Assembly (NCBI RefSeq): GCF_009914755.1
Contig: NC_060926.1
Length of the DNA: 64,000 nucleotides
Source: the human T2T-CHM13v2.0 reference genome, Homo sapiens
Direction: 5' to 3' (one strand)
Position 1 is the stretch's first letter; the number at the start of each line of letters is the position of its first letter. A program made the translations under genes and the position numbers. Below, piece after piece: positions 60,140-64,000 of the stretch. The notes under the pieces are model-generated. The model saw only the letters and a program-made list of their open reading frames with translations, ran no database searches and was not told where the DNA came from.

Positions 60140-62261
60140 CTAGATTGAAATGACCTCGGTAAGCCAGACACCAGAGCATGTTTCTGTTCGGAGCTAAGCC
60201 TTCCCTCCTCTCTTCATGTCAGCCTGGTCCACTGTGAGTGGCAGCAACAGCATTTGTGAACTTTAATGAAATACAGATTCTTGGGTTTACCTGGAGGCCT
60301 GGAGGGTGGGGCCCAGGCGTCACTGTGACAAGCCCCCTGGGGGACTCTGAGGAGCCTGGGCCCTTCTTACACTGACCTCAGCGAGTCTGCACATCTCCGG
60401 AAAGGGGGTGCAGAGTGTGTGTTTGTTCAGGTCTAGGGGGAGGGTGCACGCCTTTCACCAAATCCCAAGTGGGTCTCGGCCCCCTAAGCTTCCTGCAGTC
60501 CTTTTTAGCTGACACGTGATTGCCCATGCCCAGGAATCCATGTGAGTTAATCGTGAATAACCCAAACCCTCCCGGGAGGTGGCGGAGCATTCCTGGTGCA
60601 TACAAGACAGCTCTGGCGAGTGTTTGGGGCCTCCCCACCCCAAGGAAGGCCTCTGGGACTACCTGGTGGCTGCCCCAGGTGGGGCTGCCCAGTCTCCAGG
60701 CCACTGGCCTCTGCTCCCAGACCCACAGCAGCGCGGGGTGCTCTTTCCCTCTGATGTCGATCCCAGCCTATTTCTGATCCTTCCTGAATTCTCCTTCTCC
60801 CTCTCTTGGCTTTTCTCTTCAAACGTCTCCTGACTAGGTTCTGGCAATGGTTCGCAGCTTAGATGGACCCTCGGGTATCCGCCTGGAGCAGCCCTGCCTG
60901 CACCTTCCCCTTCCTTGCTAATATCCTCTAAGGCTCTTTCCTGGAGGACTCAGTCCCATTTGTTCCTGGGCTGGCCTGAGAAGCCACTCCACACACATAC
61001 CACCCTGCCCTACCACCCCCACTGAAGTCCATGGAGACGTCTGTTCATCCATCGGCTCCTTTCTCTTCTAGCAAATGTTCACTGAAAATCCACCTGCCCA
61101 GGGCCAGGCCCTGGAGAAACAAAGACGCAAAGGCCCAGCCCAGCAGGCCAGATGGTCACAATACAACATAAAAGTGCCAAGCTGAGGCCATCCAGGAGGC
61201 GCCCTGAGTCCCAGCCATGGGGATCTCGGATGTTCCAGAACTTGGCACACACTGCAGGTGTTCAAATCACATGTACCCGATATTGGTGGTTGTGCCCCTG
61301 GCCCGAGCTTGTTGCTCCAACTTGGCCCTTGTTGTGTGGCCCCTGAATTGCCTTTTTAACCAACAGACCCAGCATTTAATGCATGTTGGAGTTTTCTGAC
61401 CTCCTTGCCTGGGTGAGGGCAGACAGATGTCACAGTGATTCAGTCACTCTGCAAGACAGGCCAGCAAGCCGACTTCATTTCTGCAGCAAGCACCCCCTTG
61501 ATCTCTGTCACGATCATGTCATAACTTCTCTAGTTCCCCCAGCCTCCCACCTCACCTGCCCCTCTGTCCTTGTACCCAAGGTCCTTGAGAAAGCTGGAGG
61601 CTGGAGAGAGGAACTCTCCAGCAGCCCCTGACCCTGCAGCCCTGCAGGCACCTGTCCGGCTTCTCCCACCCCTTCCCTTCTTCTGGGGACTCCTCCCTCT
61701 GCTCTGCTTCCCAATGACCCCTCCCATGCTCCCTGCTTTCCACCTGCACCCACACACCTGAGCATGTCATTGGGACAGCTGCAGCCCTCTCATGGCCTCC
61801 TCCAGCCCTTCCCCATCCCCTGGTCGCAGCAGCAGCACTTCTTGGCCTTGACTCCAGGCTGATCTGGGCTAGGAGCTGCCCTTCAGCCCCCTGGAATCTG
61901 CTCTGCCCTCCAGGGTCCTCTTCCTGTCTAGATTCTAGTGTGGAGTGCTTGTCAAGGCCATCAGGGCAGAAAGATGAGGTAACTGCTGGGAACCCCAGAA
62001 AACACCCAAACCTGGTCCTTTGTGGAAAAACACATAGTGCATCACGTCACACCCATGCTCACAACACTCCTGAAGGCGTTTAGGAAGCAGCCCAAATGCC
62101 TTACCTGCCCTTACTGGCCCCTACCTTCCCTCCCCTTCCCCCTGCTCCCTCTCCCCTCACCCCCCATCGCTGAGAATCAGGCTCGGCTTTGCCTCAATTT
62201 CCCTTCCTCATCCTGCTGGGGGCCTTTCTTCGGGGCTGTGTGGACATTTGGTTGAGGCAAA

Positions 62262-62393
62262 TTGCTTAATGGATAGAATGTACAAAATTTGGGTGATGGT
62301 TACACCAAAAGCCCAGACTTTGCCACTGTGCAATATATCCATGTAACAAAACTGCACTCGTGCCCCCTAAATTTAAACCAAAAACAAAAAAAA
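62262..62393 (+). mobile_element. Short L1MA-type 3' tip
   Basis: gggtgatggttacaccaaaagcccagactt...atccatgtaacaaaactgcac followed by A-rich tail. Confidence 0.75.
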
Positions 62394-62923
62394 GACTTTC
62401 TTCCTAGTGTGAATGGCAGATCAGATACACACGGACCACCTTTCTCTACTCCTTCGTCAGGACAGACATTGCTAACCTATCACAGCACACTTTCCCTTCC
62501 AACCTAGATTGGGTCTCGTTGTCCTCGATGGATTCTGCGGGCAACCATTAGCATGGATCAGCACCAACACATGGATGCCCCCAATGTGCCATTTCTGGGA
62601 TACTGACTGGTAAGTTCCCAGTCTGAGCAGCTATGGGGCTCTGAGTGCCCCATGGTTACAATCAGGAGGGCTGGAGCTGGCAGGTCGCTCCGCAGATGTG
62701 TTCCCACATGGAGAGTGCAGTGGGGGAGCAGTGCCCTTGGGGCTGTCTCTACACCCCCAAAACACAGGCCCTGAGCACCAGCAGGAAGCAGCCACCCTAC
62801 CAAACACTTCTGCCCAGATTCTCAGCTGGGAAGGTGAGGCTTTCCTGACCCACAGGACCACTCCTTCCAGCGTGGATGCCCATGTGCTTACAAGGCCACC
62901 TTCTGTGGCAAAAAGTTCAGCAT

Positions 62924-63591
<668 letters not shown>

Positions 63592-64000
63592 CTCTTCTTA
63601 GTGATGGAGCTCTAGCTCTATTGGGTTCACCATTATTGAGTTCCCCAAAACTCTTTCCACACCAGCATTTACCAAGCCATTTTTTGAAAAAATTGGAGCA
63701 TCAGGGTTTTGCTGGGAAAAATGCCTTCACTTCTCAAGCAATATTATTCACTGGAGGGAAGTCATCATTGGGTCTAATGTGCAGGTGCCTCAAGGGAGAT
63801 TTGGGGGTTGTAGAGGCTTCTGGGCTGATGACAGGTAAGCTTGAATGGCATCATCAAAAGAAGGGGGCACCTCCAACTTAGCCAAGCACAGAGTATGAGG
63901 AGCTGGTTTGGTGAAATCTTCCCAGACAGCTGATTCTCTTGATATTTGAGGGTTCTTGTGTACACATTCCTGTTTAGTGCTCAATCCTCTAACTATGTGC

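Overview
Human (or very closely related hominid) genomic DNA lying entirely inside one gene on the minus strand. From the translated exons I recognise it as NGEF (ephexin-1, Dbl-family RhoGEF; from memory chr2q37). Only two exons are in the window: the first coding exon (31341-31682; 74 nt 5'UTR plus 268 nt CDS, ATG at 31608) and the next 115-nt exon (26949-27063). Together they encode the first ~128 aa of the long isoform. Everything else is intron, dominated by about 49 Alu copies or fragments (roughly a fifth of the window), old L1 fragments, solo MaLR/ERV1 LTRs, DNA-transposon relics, microsatellites and a ~1 kb quasi-palindromic minisatellite. Nearly all entries in the ORF track are Alu- or repeat-derived and are not genes. 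I found no convincing new multi-gene system. The best leads are an exon-2/3 circRNA architecture, a candidate intronic poly(A) site right after exon 3, a 63-bp perfect AT-rich inverted repeat with template-switch scars, the self-complementary VNTR, a very young AluYa-lineage insertion inside a solo LTR8A, and a Thr111 allele. Repeat subfamily names and exon numbers come from remembered consensus sequences and annotation, not from a database search; repeat boundaries are approximate unless a TSD is given.
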